From NCBI RefSeq assembly GCF_000734895.2, contig NZ_CP011382.1, forward strand, positions 5,980,491 to 6,020,490: a stretch of 40,000 bases of DNA, read 5' to 3'. A program made the position numbers and the translations under genes. The first letter of the stretch is position 1. Each line of letters opens with the position of its first letter. The notes beneath the pieces were generated by a model, which was not told the origin of the DNA, did no database searches, and was given only the letters and a program-made list of their open reading frames with translations. This stretch comes from Calothrix sp. 336/3 (GTDB lineage Bacteria; Cyanobacteriota; Cyanobacteriia; Cyanobacteriales; Nostocaceae). This document shows positions 1 through 9,963 of the stretch, piece after piece.

Positions 1-251
1 AAATCGATAACCATACCATCAAGTAGGGGCGCACTTTTGGCATCGATATAAATGGTGACTTGATTTTGTTGCACAATCAAATCATCAGGCTGTGGTTTGC
101 TGGTAATATCCATGCCATACTCATAGCCACTGCAACCACCATCTTTAACAGAAACGCGGATACCTTTAGTTGGTGCGTTTGTGTTGGGGTTAGAACCAAG
201 CAGGAATCCTTGCAGCTTTAGTTCTGCTTTTTCTGTCAAAGTAATAGTCAT
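1..251 (-). CDS. hesB: HesB/IscA-family Fe-S cluster assembly protein (C-terminus cut by window edge)
   Basis: Not in the ORF track because it runs off the edge. Manual reverse translation from ATG 249-251 gives MTITLTEKAELKLQGFLLGSNPNTNAPTKGIRVSVKDGGCSGYEYGMDITSKPQPDDLIVQQNQVTIYIDAKSAPLLDGMVIDF, a typical IscA/HesB core. GGAGG lies 4 nt upstream of the ATG. It follows hesA as in Anabaena nif clusters. Confidence 0.85.
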   Translation of the reverse strand, partial: MTITLTEKAELKLQGFLLGSNPNTNAPTKGIRVSVKDGGCSGYEYGMDITSKPQPDDLIVQQNQVTIYIDAKSAPLLDGMVID

Positions 252-273
252 CAATCCTCCAGATACCTAAGAT

Positions 274-492
274 TTAGTTATTTTGGTTGAAGGTGCGGGT
301 TTTATTCAGGGTGAATAGAAAAGCTAGAGCCATAAGTAACATTAGCGGTACTCCCGAGAAGAATGTACTTGAAGCTAGGCAGAAGAGACTGAGAAGAATT
401 ACTGATAGCTGCAAGATACAATGGGGAGTAGTTAAGCCAATGTAAAAAAAGGCGATCGCCATGACTAAAGCAATCAAAGACAAGAAAAACAT
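274..492 (-). CDS. hypothetical small membrane protein (72 aa)
   Basis: The ORF fills the hesA-hesB spacer on the nif strand. The translation is very hydrophobic (2-3 helices). No clear Shine-Dalgarno and no family recognised. Confidence 0.35.
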   Translation of the reverse strand: MFFLSLIALVMAIAFFYIGLTTPHCILQLSVILLSLFCLASSTFFSGVPLMLLMALAFLFTLNKTRTFNQNN

Positions 493-561
493 AACCTAGG
501 AGCAGTCAGTAGAATACAGTCAGACTGCACAAATACTTCTGAAACTCCCGAAACTCCTGAT

Positions 562-1350
562 TCAAACTTCACACTTTTGACTATTTGCTTGTTCATAGCG
601 CCACGGTGCGCTGTTACCGCATACTGGACAAGCGCGATCGCGGTAAGAACGACGCTTGGCAAATTCCATCCGCATCAGATCGATAGTTAACAACTGTCCC
701 AGTAGAGGCTGACTTAAACCTGTAATCAGCTTAATTGCCTCCAGTGCCGTCAGACAAGCTAATGTCCCAGAAACCGCACCCAGAACAGAAAATCCTCGTC
801 GATCCCAATCGGGTTTTTCCGGAAATAGGCAAGATAAACAAGGTGTGACACCGGGGATAATCGTTGTCAGGTAAGCTTCCATACCATCCATGGCAGCTTC
901 CACCATCGGTTTACGCCAACGAACACAGGCTGAATTTAACAAATCTCGCTCTGTAAAATTATGGGCGCAATCCAAAGCCATATCTGCAGATTGCACCAAA
1001 CAATCTACATTTTCCGCAGTCACATAATCATTAATTGCCGTAATTTCGACATCAGGATTAATTGCTTCCAGGGTTTCCTTGGCTTTAAATACCCGTGGTT
1101 TCCCAACCCATTCATGAGTCATCAAAATTTGACGATTCATGTCATCCATCCGCAAATCACCGCCTCGGACTAGGATCAGCCGCCCAACGCCTGCTACCGC
1201 TAAGTAAAGCGCTGCTGTACCACCTAATCCTCCCACACCTGTCACCATAACAGTCGCTGATTTCAGGCGCTTCTGCGCTAATTCGCCAAAATTCGGGAGC
1301 ATGATTTGGCGACGGTAACGTTCTAACTCGGTAGGCGTTAGGTCTATCAC
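562..1350 (-). CDS. hesA: HesA/MoeB/ThiF-family adenylyltransferase-like protein
   Basis: The 262 aa translation has the ThiF/MoeB motif VTGVGGLGG, an RYRRQ N-terminus and C-terminal CxxC pairs (CLSC, CPVC). It sits between nifW and hesB. Confidence 0.85.
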   Translation of the reverse strand: MIDLTPTELERYRRQIMLPNFGELAQKRLKSATVMVTGVGGLGGTAALYLAVAGVGRLILVRGGDLRMDDMNRQILMTHEWVGKPRVFKAKETLEAINPDVEITAINDYVTAENVDCLVQSADMALDCAHNFTERDLLNSACVRWRKPMVEAAMDGMEAYLTTIIPGVTPCLSCLFPEKPDWDRRGFSVLGAVSGTLACLTALEAIKLITGLSQPLLGQLLTIDLMRMEFAKRRSYRDRACPVCGNSAPWRYEQANSQKCEV

Positions 1351-1361
1351 TTTCTTACCTC

Positions 1362-1679
1362 CTAATCAGACGTAATTTCTGTCAGCGTGACTACATTTTT
1401 TGGTTTCTGGTTAAACACTTTAAATAGCTTTTGCTCTTGGGCAGTTGAATCCAGAAATACCTGATAGGCTTGTTGTAATGCCTCACAATATTTATTTAAT
1501 CTTTCTACTTCATTTAAGTCCGTATCATTCTCATCAATTTGCTGCATTAATTGCGAGAATTTCTTCAAGATATGTAGACGATTTACATTTACTACCTTCT
1601 GGTCATAGGGTAGTTGAAAAAACTCAAAATATTGCTCTGCTTTTGTGAGCTGTTTAAACTCTTCTAAAGTGCCGCTCAT
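1362..1679 (-). CDS. nifW: nitrogenase-stabilizing/protective protein NifW
   Basis: 105 aa. The N-terminus (LEEFKQLTKAEQYFEFFQLPYDQKVVNVNRLHILKKF) is typical of NifW. Its start overlaps the upstream stop by ATGA. Confidence 0.85.
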   Translation of the reverse strand: MSGTLEEFKQLTKAEQYFEFFQLPYDQKVVNVNRLHILKKFSQLMQQIDENDTDLNEVERLNKYCEALQQAYQVFLDSTAQEQKLFKVFNQKPKNVVTLTEITSD

Positions 1680-1894
1680 GTCTCTTGCTCCATTTTTTTG
1701 AGTTGTTGCTTTAGCTCATCTAACTGTTTATAGATTTCGTAAGTAGCCGCAGCAACTGTCATTAATGTTTGATAATCCGTTGGTAGCCCTTCTGCTAAAT
1801 CGTGCAAGTCCATTTTCATTTGACCTGCTCGACTATTGAGGCGTTTGATTTGAGTTTCGAGTTCGGCTATGGTGAGTTTTTTCGCTTCGGGCAT
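1676..1894 (-). CDS. small nif-associated protein (DUF683 / CCE_0567-like)
   Basis: The track ORF is 1676..1957. I prefer the internal ATG at 1892-1894 (MPEAKKLTIAELETQIKRLN...), giving about 72 aa. It occupies the conserved position between the DUF269 gene and nifW in cyanobacterial nif clusters. Confidence 0.6.
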   Translation of the reverse strand: MPEAKKLTIAELETQIKRLNSRAGQMKMDLHDLAEGLPTDYQTLMTVAAATYEIYKQLDELKQQLKKMEQET

Positions 1895-1981
1895 AGAATT
1901 TGGGGAGAAATTAATCGCAAAGTTTCTCTTGATGAATATCTCGTTGGCAAGGTACAAAAATGGAGAGGGGATTTTTTCTGC

Positions 1982-2458
1982 TTAGAGTTTACCAACTTCT
2001 GGATATGTCTTTGCTAATTCCACACCTTTAGCAATGAGTTTTTCCCCTTCCTCAGCTAACTTTTCTAGGGAGTCAAAGCCGAAACGATGGGCATCACGGA
2101 TAGTTCTCGTGGTGAGTAATAGTCTTCCAGAAAAAACTAATGCCCAGCCAAAACCCTCATGTCCAATATCGACAACTACCTGGGACATTAACCCTGTTTC
2201 TTGTTCAATACAAGCCGCAATTCCCCGATAAAAAGTGAGAATTCGACTCTTAGTCATCAAGTCAACATCTCCATCAACTGGAATTTCTCGTTTTTTTTGT
2301 TTACTGACAATATAGGGCTTCAAAAGTAAATCATCTGCCCATGTTTTGTAAACTCCGTAAATATCTTGTCCTCTCACTTGTTGGACAATTGCCTTGAGAA
2401 AAGGCGAATTTAAAACTTCATTCGAGGCTGTGCCATTGACATTATTTGTTGTACTCAT
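1982..2458 (-). CDS. NifX-associated nitrogen fixation protein (DUF269)
   Basis: 158 aa. The ATGA overlap with the nifX stop (2455-2458) implies translational coupling. The sequence (ILTFYRGIAACIEQETG...GHEGFGWALVFSGRLLL) matches my memory of the DUF269 family. Confidence 0.8.
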   Translation of the reverse strand: MSTTNNVNGTASNEVLNSPFLKAIVQQVRGQDIYGVYKTWADDLLLKPYIVSKQKKREIPVDGDVDLMTKSRILTFYRGIAACIEQETGLMSQVVVDIGHEGFGWALVFSGRLLLTTRTIRDAHRFGFDSLEKLAEEGEKLIAKGVELAKTYPEVGKL

Positions 2459-2868
2459 AGGGTTGCTTCTTCTTCTAATTCGTCCTCAAAATTGTTGGGT
2501 TTTTGTTGCAAAGCTTTGCGTAACCAAGGTGGTGGAGAACCTTTGAGGGTTTGGACTAATTTTCCGAGAACATCCTGAATTTTGTCTTCTTCAGAACGTG
2601 CTTTTACGGGGGTGACGCCTTTCTTGATTAACTTCGCTGCGGCTGTGCCACCAATAGCTGAAACATAAACGATGGTACAATCATTTAAAGCTTTTAATTT
2701 GGGGTCAATTTTATCTTCATTCCCATCTTGTTGTAAGTCCCCATCAAAGGTGAGAGTTTCTACAAATTGGTGTCCTTGTTCATTGACTTCATAGACATCA
2801 ATTGTCTTAGCCCAACCAAAGTGAGCATTAATATGAACTTGGTCACTGGTTGTGAAGGCTATTTTCAT
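2455..2868 (-). CDS. nifX: FeMo-cofactor biosynthesis protein NifX
   Basis: 137 aa. The N-terminus MKIAFTTSDQVHINAHFGWA and the NifX/NafY-type dinitrogenase cofactor-binding fold signature fit NifX. It lies downstream of nifN. Confidence 0.85.
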   Translation of the reverse strand: MKIAFTTSDQVHINAHFGWAKTIDVYEVNEQGHQFVETLTFDGDLQQDGNEDKIDPKLKALNDCTIVYVSAIGGTAAAKLIKKGVTPVKARSEEDKIQDVLGKLVQTLKGSPPPWLRKALQQKPNNFEDELEEEATL

Positions 2869-2968
2869 TATTGATACTCCTGAAATTGGTAATTATTGAT
2901 TGGTAACTGGGAATGGTTAATAGGAGATAGAAACTAAATTTTCTCCCTAGATTCTGCATCTGTGTGAA

Positions 2969-4294
2969 TTACCAATCTCCTTGAACAACTCTCTCTTTGG
3001 CTTTGATTTCTTCCTCTTCTAAAAAGAGATTGCCAATTTCAAACAACATTTCCATGGTTCCCCGATAGCCAACTTTTCTAAATTGACCATTACCCAGGCG
3101 ATCGTAAATGGGGATACCTTGACGATATAGGGGTATGTGCAGACGTTTGGCGATCGCTGCGGTGTGAGAGTTACCAATTAACAAGTCGGAACCCCCTGCT
3201 AATTGCTCAAAATCTTCAAAATCACCTATCGTCACACTGTCCATGGGTAGTTTTTCTAAAAGTGGCGATCGCGTGGTTGTCACCGCACTTTGAATTTCTG
3301 CCCCCATGGATTGTAAAAAGCACACTGTAGACCAAAGTAAATCTGGTTCTAGGGCAATGGATACCTGTTTTCTACCAAAGTAAAAATGGGTGTCTAACAT
3401 CGCATCTTGCAGTTGCCGACGCTGACGACGGTATTTCTCTGGAACGGGATTACCGCTTAAATCAGCCAAAAACTGCATGAACTTATCTACCGCTTCTAAG
3501 CCGCTAAGCTCGGTAAATACTTCATAGGGAATGCCAAACTTTTGCTCCAGGATGTTCGCTGCACCACGCATACTTTCCCCCAGGGCGACGGTGAACACAG
3601 AGCTTCCCACTTTATGCAATTGTACCAGGGTTGTGCCTCCCCCGGTAATTGGACTGTAGGAATCATCCAAGTGTCCATCCAAGGAAGCGGAAAGGTCAGG
3701 GACAACAATTGGTATCATCCCAAAGGCAGACACCATTTCTTTGATTTGCTGAACATCCCCTGGGGTGAAAGCAGCACTCATCAAAATTGTTAATTGTTGC
3801 GCCTTCGGTTCCCCTGGTTGGGGCAGTTCCCTAACAATACTTTCTACCGCCGCTGCAAATCCATCCTGGAGAGAACCTTTAAAATCAGGAGCGGAAACTA
3901 GTAAAATTGGTAACTCATTTAACTCCGGGTGACGCTTGCGAAATTCCTTGAGAATTCCGTCCATATCATCCCCACGGGTTTCCGTTAGCCCTGTTGTACA
4001 AAGTCCGATAATTTCCGGTTGGGATTTGGCTACTAGGGTGAGAATTGCCTGCTCGACATTTTCTTCTCCCCCCAAAATGGTACTAACTTCCGTCATTGCC
4101 GTGGTTGCCAGGGGGATTGCTTCCCGGAAGTGACGCACCAAAATCACCTTGGCAAAGGCTGTACAGCCCTGGGAGCCATGGAGTAAGGGAATTACCCCTT
4201 TTAACCCCAAAAATGCTAAGGCTGCCCCCAGGGTTTGACTCTGCTTGAGAGGATTAACAACAACGGGCTTATTCTTTGTGACAACTTTCGCCAT
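2969..4294 (-). CDS. nifN: nitrogenase FeMo-cofactor biosynthesis scaffold subunit NifN
   Basis: 441 aa, NifK-like (LHGSQGCTAFAKV). The start ATG shares one base with the nifE stop (TAATG). Confidence 0.9.
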   Translation of the reverse strand: MAKVVTKNKPVVVNPLKQSQTLGAALAFLGLKGVIPLLHGSQGCTAFAKVILVRHFREAIPLATTAMTEVSTILGGEENVEQAILTLVAKSQPEIIGLCTTGLTETRGDDMDGILKEFRKRHPELNELPILLVSAPDFKGSLQDGFAAAVESIVRELPQPGEPKAQQLTILMSAAFTPGDVQQIKEMVSAFGMIPIVVPDLSASLDGHLDDSYSPITGGGTTLVQLHKVGSSVFTVALGESMRGAANILEQKFGIPYEVFTELSGLEAVDKFMQFLADLSGNPVPEKYRRQRRQLQDAMLDTHFYFGRKQVSIALEPDLLWSTVCFLQSMGAEIQSAVTTTRSPLLEKLPMDSVTIGDFEDFEQLAGGSDLLIGNSHTAAIAKRLHIPLYRQGIPIYDRLGNGQFRKVGYRGTMEMLFEIGNLFLEEEEIKAKERVVQGDW

Positions 4295-5757
4295 TAGTCA
4301 TCATCCTCCATCGTCAGGGAGAGGGATAACCTGGCAAAGGGGGAAAGATTGTCGTGATTATCTGCATCGATATGAGCATAGCTGGCGGGGTCTTCCCAAG
4401 GAGCTGGTTTGCGTACCTGTTCCCACACCGGACTATGAACAGCTTCATCTAACTCCCGCGCCATTTCTACCATTCCACTATAACCAGCGTAGGCATGATG
4501 GCGTTCTTGGTTAATGTCTAGGAAAGGAATTCTCGCCTTTAAGGCGGTGTATTGGTTACGACCACCAGCAATTAACATCTCTGCGTTAGTTTCCCGAATC
4601 ACTCGCAGAATTTCCTGGGGATTGCCCTTTTCTAAGGTAATACCATCCTTACCCAGTAATTTCTTAATTTTGGCTTTGTCTTCTTCCGTACTCTTTTTAG
4701 TACTAGTAGCAACAACATCCATCCCTAGGTCTTTGGCAGCCGAGATAATCGACCAACTTTTCACACCACCTGTATATAAAACTACTTTTTTTCCTCGGAG
4801 GCGATCGCGGAAAGGAGCCAGTTTCACATCCAAAGCAGCAGTTTCTTCCGCAATTAATTTTTCTGTTCGTGCTTGCAAATCTGGATCACCTAATTTAGCC
4901 GCAATATTTCGCAAACATCTATTCATGTCTTCCACGCCATAGAAAGACTCCTCAATGTAAGGAATACCATAGCGTTCCTCCATCTTCCGCGCCATATTAA
5001 TTAATGCTTTAGAGCAAATCATTACATTCAACTTGGCACGGTGGGCGTGACAGACTTCCTCGTAGCGAGCATCACCAGTAATTTTGGCTAAAACACGAAT
5101 ACCTAATTTTTTCAATAGAGGTAAAACATTCCACATTTCCCCAGCGATATTATATTCACCGATGAGATTAATGTCATAGGGAGTAGTATATTCCGGCTCT
5201 GCTGTACCCACAACATGGTCTAGTAAAGCCTCACCACTAATCCGATTGCCAAGGTTTTTACTTCCCACAAAACCAGCCGAATGTACTGGAATCACGGGAG
5301 TGGCAATTTTTTTTGCCGCCGCTTTGCAAACAGCATCAATATCCTCACCAATTAAGGCTGTAACGCAGGTTGCATAAACAAAAATTGCCTTTGGTTCATA
5401 ACGATTATGAATGTCCATAATCGCCTTATAGAGCTTCTTCTCCCCACCGAAAATCACATCGTTTTCGCTCAAATCAGTGGTGAAACCCATTTTATATAGC
5501 TGTGGACCAGAAGAGAAGCTACCACGACTGCCCCAGGAATTGCCAGCGCAGGCGATCGGTCCATGAACCAAATGAGCAGCATCTGTAATCGGAACCAGAG
5601 CAATCATCGCCCCATCAAAAGCACAACCCCCTTGAGCAGCTCCCGGTTGAGCTTGTTGGGTACAAGATTTATTTTTCTTTTCCCCATTCTTTTGGTGATT
5701 ATGTTCGCATCCTGGCTCAGAGAGCAGCTCATTAATTTTGCTTTGAGTGAAAATCAT
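4294..5757 (-). CDS. nifE: nitrogenase FeMo-cofactor biosynthesis scaffold subunit NifE
   Basis: NifD-like ([15 protein letters not shown]). The track start at 5796 lies inside an STRR heptamer tract. I prefer ATG 5755-5757 ([20 protein letters not shown]), which is preceded by GAGGACGGAG. Confidence 0.9.
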   Translation of the reverse strand: MIFTQSKINELLSEPGCEHNHQKNGEKKNKSCTQQAQPGAAQGGCAFDGAMIALVPITDAAHLVHGPIACAGNSWGSRGSFSSGPQLYKMGFTTDLSENDVIFGGEKKLYKAIMDIHNRYEPKAIFVYATCVTALIGEDIDAVCKAAAKKIATPVIPVHSAGFVGSKNLGNRISGEALLDHVVGTAEPEYTTPYDINLIGEYNIAGEMWNVLPLLKKLGIRVLAKITGDARYEEVCHAHRAKLNVMICSKALINMARKMEERYGIPYIEESFYGVEDMNRCLRNIAAKLGDPDLQARTEKLIAEETAALDVKLAPFRDRLRGKKVVLYTGGVKSWSIISAAKDLGMDVVATSTKKSTEEDKAKIKKLLGKDGITLEKGNPQEILRVIRETNAEMLIAGGRNQYTALKARIPFLDINQERHHAYAGYSGMVEMARELDEAVHSPVWEQVRKPAPWEDPASYAHIDADNHDNLSPFARLSLSLTMEDDD

Positions 5758-5781
5758 CTCCGTCCTCGCGCTGGATACAAG

Positions 5782-5816
5782 TTGGTCATTGGTCATTGGT
5801 CATTGGTTATTGGCAT
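5782..5816. repeat. STRR heptamer tract (TTGGTCA x3 perfect plus 2 degenerate)
   Basis: ttggtca ttggtca ttggtca ttggtta ttggcat, read directly from the sequence. TTGGTCA is one of the classical short tandemly repeated repetitive (STRR) units of heterocystous cyanobacteria. Confidence 0.9.
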
Positions 5817-6045
5817 TTTGTTCATGACTAATAACTAATGACTACTAACTAATAGTTAATAGATTATCAGCAATTATTAATGAGTCATAAGTAACCAATT
5901 GAGTAACTTGGGAAAATATTTTATAAGATATTTTAAATTACTAGTTATTGGTTATTTTTCGCAAAACAAAATCACCAAAAATCTACTGAACTATTTGCGA
6001 ACACCCTGACTATTTGTTGCCCTGAGACAAGGAAATATTTACATC

Positions 6046-6396
6046 TTACCTTGACTCTTCATCTCCACAAATATACTTGGATATATCCTCCCCACATACA
6101 TCAGCTAAATAAGATAAAGCTCGAAAACGTAAACTGACAAACTCATTATATAAAGGATTGAGCTTACATAAAGCTGGAATATGCACAGTCAAACCCAATA
6201 AGTAAATATCCCTCTCAAAGGGACAGCAACAGGGGATGATTCGACAAATTATATGAGCCAAATGGGAATTTTTTATCTGGACATTATCCACAAAATTACC
6301 TAATGGTTGCAGTAAACCCAACTTGTTGATTTGTGGTTTATTTAGTGAAGAGTAATCAGGATAAATATGGGAATTTTTTGGAGATTCAATCATCAT
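6046..6396 (-). CDS. Mo-dependent nitrogenase C-terminal domain family protein (Mo-nitro_C)
   Basis: The C-terminal half (IIPCCCPFERDIYLLG...IPALCKLNPLYNEFVSLRFRALSYLADVCGEDISKY) matches my memory of the Mo-nitro_C family. I prefer the internal Met at 6394-6396 (MMIESPKN) because the 5' extension is a low-complexity F/P tract. Confidence 0.7.
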   Translation of the reverse strand: MMIESPKNSHIYPDYSSLNKPQINKLGLLQPLGNFVDNVQIKNSHLAHIICRIIPCCCPFERDIYLLGLTVHIPALCKLNPLYNEFVSLRFRALSYLADVCGEDISKYICGDEESR

Positions 6397-6502
6397 CTTT
6401 TCCCAATAGTAAATAAAAGGAAAAAGGGAGAAGGGAAAAGGCATCAGGAATTTTCACCTTTCACCTCTTACCTTCTTTCCCTTATGCTACGCCGCGAGTT
6501 GA

Positions 6503-6519
6503 GGCAGGATGTACCTGCC
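6503..6519 (-). terminator. stem-loop just downstream of nifK (GGCAGG-5 nt-CCTGCC)
   Basis: A perfect 6 bp GC-rich stem lies 15 nt after the nifK stop. No U-tract follows, so this may be an RNA-stability element rather than an intrinsic terminator. Confidence 0.3.
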
Positions 6520-6533
6520 CTTTGGTCTAATTC

Positions 6534-8072
6534 CTAACGAATTAAGTCGAAGGAGATATCTGTCTTACCAGTGATGTTGGAGTTGCGATCCATTTCATCT
6601 AGGATAGTGTTAACAACCCAGTTCAACAGGTTGATACCACCTTGGTAACCCAAGGTTGCATAACGATGTAAGTGGTGACGGTCAAACAGAGGATAACCGA
6701 TACGCACCATAGGAATCTTGGTGTCGCGCCACAGGTACTTACCGTAGGAGTTACCAACGAAGAAGTCTACAGGCTCAGTGAACAACAAGGAACGGAAGTG
6801 CCACAAGTCCTTACCATTCCAGATGGTAGCTTGCTTACCGAAGGGGCTAGCATCTAGAACTGCTTGTAATTCAGCCTTGAATACATCATCACCATTGTTG
6901 CAGAGGATGTGTACAGGTTCTGCACCCATTTCTAACAAGAAGCTGGTGACATAGAAGATTAAATCGGGATCACCGTAGATGGCGAATTTCTTACCATGGA
7001 GCCATGCATAGGAGTCAGTCATGGCATCAACTAAACGACCACGATCTACTTCTAATTCTGCGGGGATGGCTTTGCCAGTCATTTCTGACAATGTCATCAA
7101 GAATTCGTCAGTACCTTTAACACCGAAGGGACGTAGAACCTTGGTAGGTTGCTTCCATTGTTTTTCGATGTAGTCACGGGTTTTGGTGGTGGTGTAAGCT
7201 TGCAGAGCTACTGTTGCTTCCGCGTTGATAGAATCAGCAGCATCTTCTAAGGTTGTTCCACCGGGATACATTTCATACTCACCAGTGTTGGGAGAGTCGA
7301 AGTAGTCGCTGGTATCAGAAAGGATGGTGTAATCAATACCCATCAAACCTAACATCCGCTTCAATTCACGGTTGTTACCAACGTAGGTGTCAAAACCAGG
7401 AATGAAGTTAATTTTACCGTTGGTTTTGTTCTTCTTCTTGCCTTCTGTTAAATTCAACAGAATGCCTTTCATCATGTTGTCGTAGCCAGTGGTGTGAGAA
7501 CCAACGAAGCTAGGAGTGTGGGCAAAAGGTACGGGGAAATCTTGAGGAATGGAACCAGCACCTTTGGCGTTGGTGATAAATGCACCTAAGTCATCTCCGA
7601 TTACTTCCGCCATACAGGTGGTGCAAACAGCGATCATTTTGGGTTTGTAGAGAGTGTAGGAAACACTCAAACCTTCAATCATGTTGTTTAAACCACCGAA
7701 AACGGCTGCGTCTTCTGTCATGGAAGAAGAAACCGCAGAGCAAGGCTCTTTGTAGTGACGGCTGAGGTGGGTACGGAAGTATGCTACACAACCTTGAGAA
7801 CCTTGAACGAAAGGTAGAGTACCTTCAAAACCCAGAGCCGCAAACATGGCGCCTACAGGTTGGCAACCCTTGGCGGGGTTAATTGTTAGAGCTTCACGGG
7901 CGAAATTCTTTTCGCGGTATTCCCAACCTTTTGTCCATTCAGAAACACGAGCAACTTCTTCATCAGAATGAGCGCCTTCAAAATTTTTGCGCTTGTTTTC
8001 AAATAGTGCTGTGTATTCCGGTTGTTTAAATAGCTCTAAGTGGTCTACGATTTTTTCTGGATTCTGTGGCAT
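6534..8072 (-). CDS. nifK: nitrogenase MoFe protein beta chain NifK
   Basis: 512 aa. Hallmark NifK sequence (GCQPVGAMFAALGFEGTLPFVQGSQGCVAYFR). Confidence 0.95.
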   Translation of the reverse strand: MPQNPEKIVDHLELFKQPEYTALFENKRKNFEGAHSDEEVARVSEWTKGWEYREKNFAREALTINPAKGCQPVGAMFAALGFEGTLPFVQGSQGCVAYFRTHLSRHYKEPCSAVSSSMTEDAAVFGGLNNMIEGLSVSYTLYKPKMIAVCTTCMAEVIGDDLGAFITNAKGAGSIPQDFPVPFAHTPSFVGSHTTGYDNMMKGILLNLTEGKKKNKTNGKINFIPGFDTYVGNNRELKRMLGLMGIDYTILSDTSDYFDSPNTGEYEMYPGGTTLEDAADSINAEATVALQAYTTTKTRDYIEKQWKQPTKVLRPFGVKGTDEFLMTLSEMTGKAIPAELEVDRGRLVDAMTDSYAWLHGKKFAIYGDPDLIFYVTSFLLEMGAEPVHILCNNGDDVFKAELQAVLDASPFGKQATIWNGKDLWHFRSLLFTEPVDFFVGNSYGKYLWRDTKIPMVRIGYPLFDRHHLHRYATLGYQGGINLLNWVVNTILDEMDRNSNITGKTDISFDLIR

Positions 8073-8351
8073 TTGCTTATCTCTGTTGTAGCTGGGTGGG
8101 TAATGAAGTGGGAGTAAGGAGAGAGCAGCCAGGGTTGAATTCCTATTTACTACTGCTCTGAACCTTTTTCCTTGGTGAGTTTATGGTGGTAAATGGCGAT
8201 CGCCAGGGGTTCAACCCCCGAAGGGATTTACTAGTGATGAATTGTGAATAATGAAGGAAACAAATTATTTCATCCAGCATTCAGCATTCACCACTTATCC
8301 CTAACGCACTGGGGCTAAACCCCCAGCCTATTCGTCCGATTTTCGGGAAAA

Positions 8352-9839
8352 TTAAGCAGCTTTAACTTTGGCTGTAGCTTTTTTCCAAGGAGCGCCTACA
8401 AGATCCCAAGTAGGGCTGTTGAGAGCTAAGTCCATGTCGCGAGCAAAGATGGCAAAGCCGTCATAACCGTGGTAAGGACCGGAGTAATCCCAGGAGTGCA
8501 TTTGGCGGAAAGGTAAGCCCATTTTTTGGAAGACATACTTCTCTTTAATGCCGGAAGCAATCATGTCAGGCTTCATTGCCTTGGTGAATTCTTCAAATTC
8601 GTAGGCAGTTACGTCGTCGTAGATGATGGTAGCGTTATCGATGTAGTGAGTAGTCCGTTTGTAATCGTCGTTGTGAGCAAATTCGTAGCCAGTACCAACA
8701 ACTTTGATACCTAAATCTTCAAAAGCGGGAACAACGTGACGGGGACGCAAACCACCAACGTAGAGCATGACAGTATTGCCTTCTACACGGGGGCGGTATT
8801 TCTTGACAACTGCATCCATGATGGGCTGATATTTTGCGATGACTTTCTCAGCGTTATCTTGGATTTTCTTGTCAAACTTAGCAGCAATTTCGCGCAGTGA
8901 TGCAGCAATTTTGGTAGGTCCAAAGAAGTTAAATTCCATCCAAGGCAAGCCATAGGTTTCTTCCAAACTACGGCAGATGTAGTTCATGGAACGATAGCAG
9001 TGGATGAGGATTAACTTAGCAGCGGGACCTTGGACTAACTCATCGATGGTACCATCACCAGACCACTGAGCAACAACGCGCAAGCCCATTTCTTCTAAAA
9101 GCATCCGGCTTGCCCAAGCATCACCACCGATGTTGTAGTCACCAATGAGTGCTACGTCATAGTCGGTAGATTCAAATTTCAGGGTATTGTCTTTCTTAGC
9201 TTGATCGAAACGGGGGAATACCCAGTCACGGATAGCGTCGTTAGCAATGTGGTGCCCCAAAGATTGGGATACACCCCGGAAACCTTCGCAACGTAGGGGG
9301 ATTACGGGTTTACCAATTTCTTTAGATGTTTTCTTAGCAACAGCTTCGATGTCATCCCCAATCAAACCGATAGGACATTCAGATTGGATGGAGATACCCT
9401 TGTTGAGGGGGAAGAGTTCTTCGATTTCGTGGATGATTTTGGTGAGTTTTTTGTCACCACCGAAAACGATGTCCCGTTCTTGGAAGTCAGAGGTGAAGTG
9501 CATAGTACCGAAAGCATCGATACCAGTGTTACCTACATAGTAGTTACGACGACCAGACCAAGACCAGTAACCGCAACCTACGGGACCATGGCTGATGTGG
9601 ATCATGTCCTTGATAGGACCCCAAACCACACCCTTAGAACCTGCATAGGCGCAACCACGGGCGGTCATTACACCAGGTACGGATTTGATATTAGATTTTA
9701 CACCGCAATCAGCCTTACCATCTTCGTGGACGTTGAGGTGTTTTTCGCGTTTTTTACGAGATTTTTCAGGATAGGCTTGGAGAACTTCTTTAATCAGTTC
9801 TTTATTTTGTTCAGTAAGACTCTTTTCTGGAGGTGTCAT
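8352..9839 (-). CDS. nifD: nitrogenase MoFe protein alpha chain NifD (uninterrupted)
   Basis: 495 aa. Hallmark NifD sequence ([43 protein letters not shown]). GAGG lies 6 nt upstream of the ATG. Confidence 0.95.
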   Translation of the reverse strand: MTPPEKSLTEQNKELIKEVLQAYPEKSRKKREKHLNVHEDGKADCGVKSNIKSVPGVMTARGCAYAGSKGVVWGPIKDMIHISHGPVGCGYWSWSGRRNYYVGNTGIDAFGTMHFTSDFQERDIVFGGDKKLTKIIHEIEELFPLNKGISIQSECPIGLIGDDIEAVAKKTSKEIGKPVIPLRCEGFRGVSQSLGHHIANDAIRDWVFPRFDQAKKDNTLKFESTDYDVALIGDYNIGGDAWASRMLLEEMGLRVVAQWSGDGTIDELVQGPAAKLILIHCYRSMNYICRSLEETYGLPWMEFNFFGPTKIAASLREIAAKFDKKIQDNAEKVIAKYQPIMDAVVKKYRPRVEGNTVMLYVGGLRPRHVVPAFEDLGIKVVGTGYEFAHNDDYKRTTHYIDNATIIYDDVTAYEFEEFTKAMKPDMIASGIKEKYVFQKMGLPFRQMHSWDYSGPYHGYDGFAIFARDMDLALNSPTWDLVGAPWKKATAKVKAA

Positions 9840-9949
9840 AGTCTGCCTCAGTTATGCTTAACGGGTGGGGAAATGGATGGAAGGAGAGAAAGGAGAGGAA
9901 GGAAAAAGGTAGAAGGAGAAAGGGAAAGACTAATTTATAGTTGGTAATT

Positions 9950-9963
9950 CCCTATTCCCTATT
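9950..9963. repeat. STRR-like heptamer (CCCTATT x2) in the nifH-nifD spacer
   Basis: Read directly: ccctatt ccctatt. Confidence 0.7.

Noticed and set aside
5758-5796. N-terminal extensions given by the ORF track for nifE. Analogous extensions occur for nifB (15260-15271), the DUF683 gene (1895-1957), Mo-nitro_C (6397-6444), ndhL (33847-33885), DUF3352 (27484-27546), the oxygenase (34982-34996) and the hydrolase (36973-37029).
   Set aside because: The extensions start at TTG/GTG or run through STRR or low-complexity sequence. The internal ATGs give N-termini that match the families and/or have an SD.
9384-9947. A 187 aa plus-strand ORF antisense to nifD. Similar antisense ORFs lie inside other nif genes, e.g. 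961-1173, 3542-3793, 4514-4942, 12477-12668 and 14447-15202.
   Set aside because: They lie fully within strongly supported minus-strand genes. Their translations are low-complexity with no family resemblance. This is typical of mirror-frame artefacts from biased codon usage.
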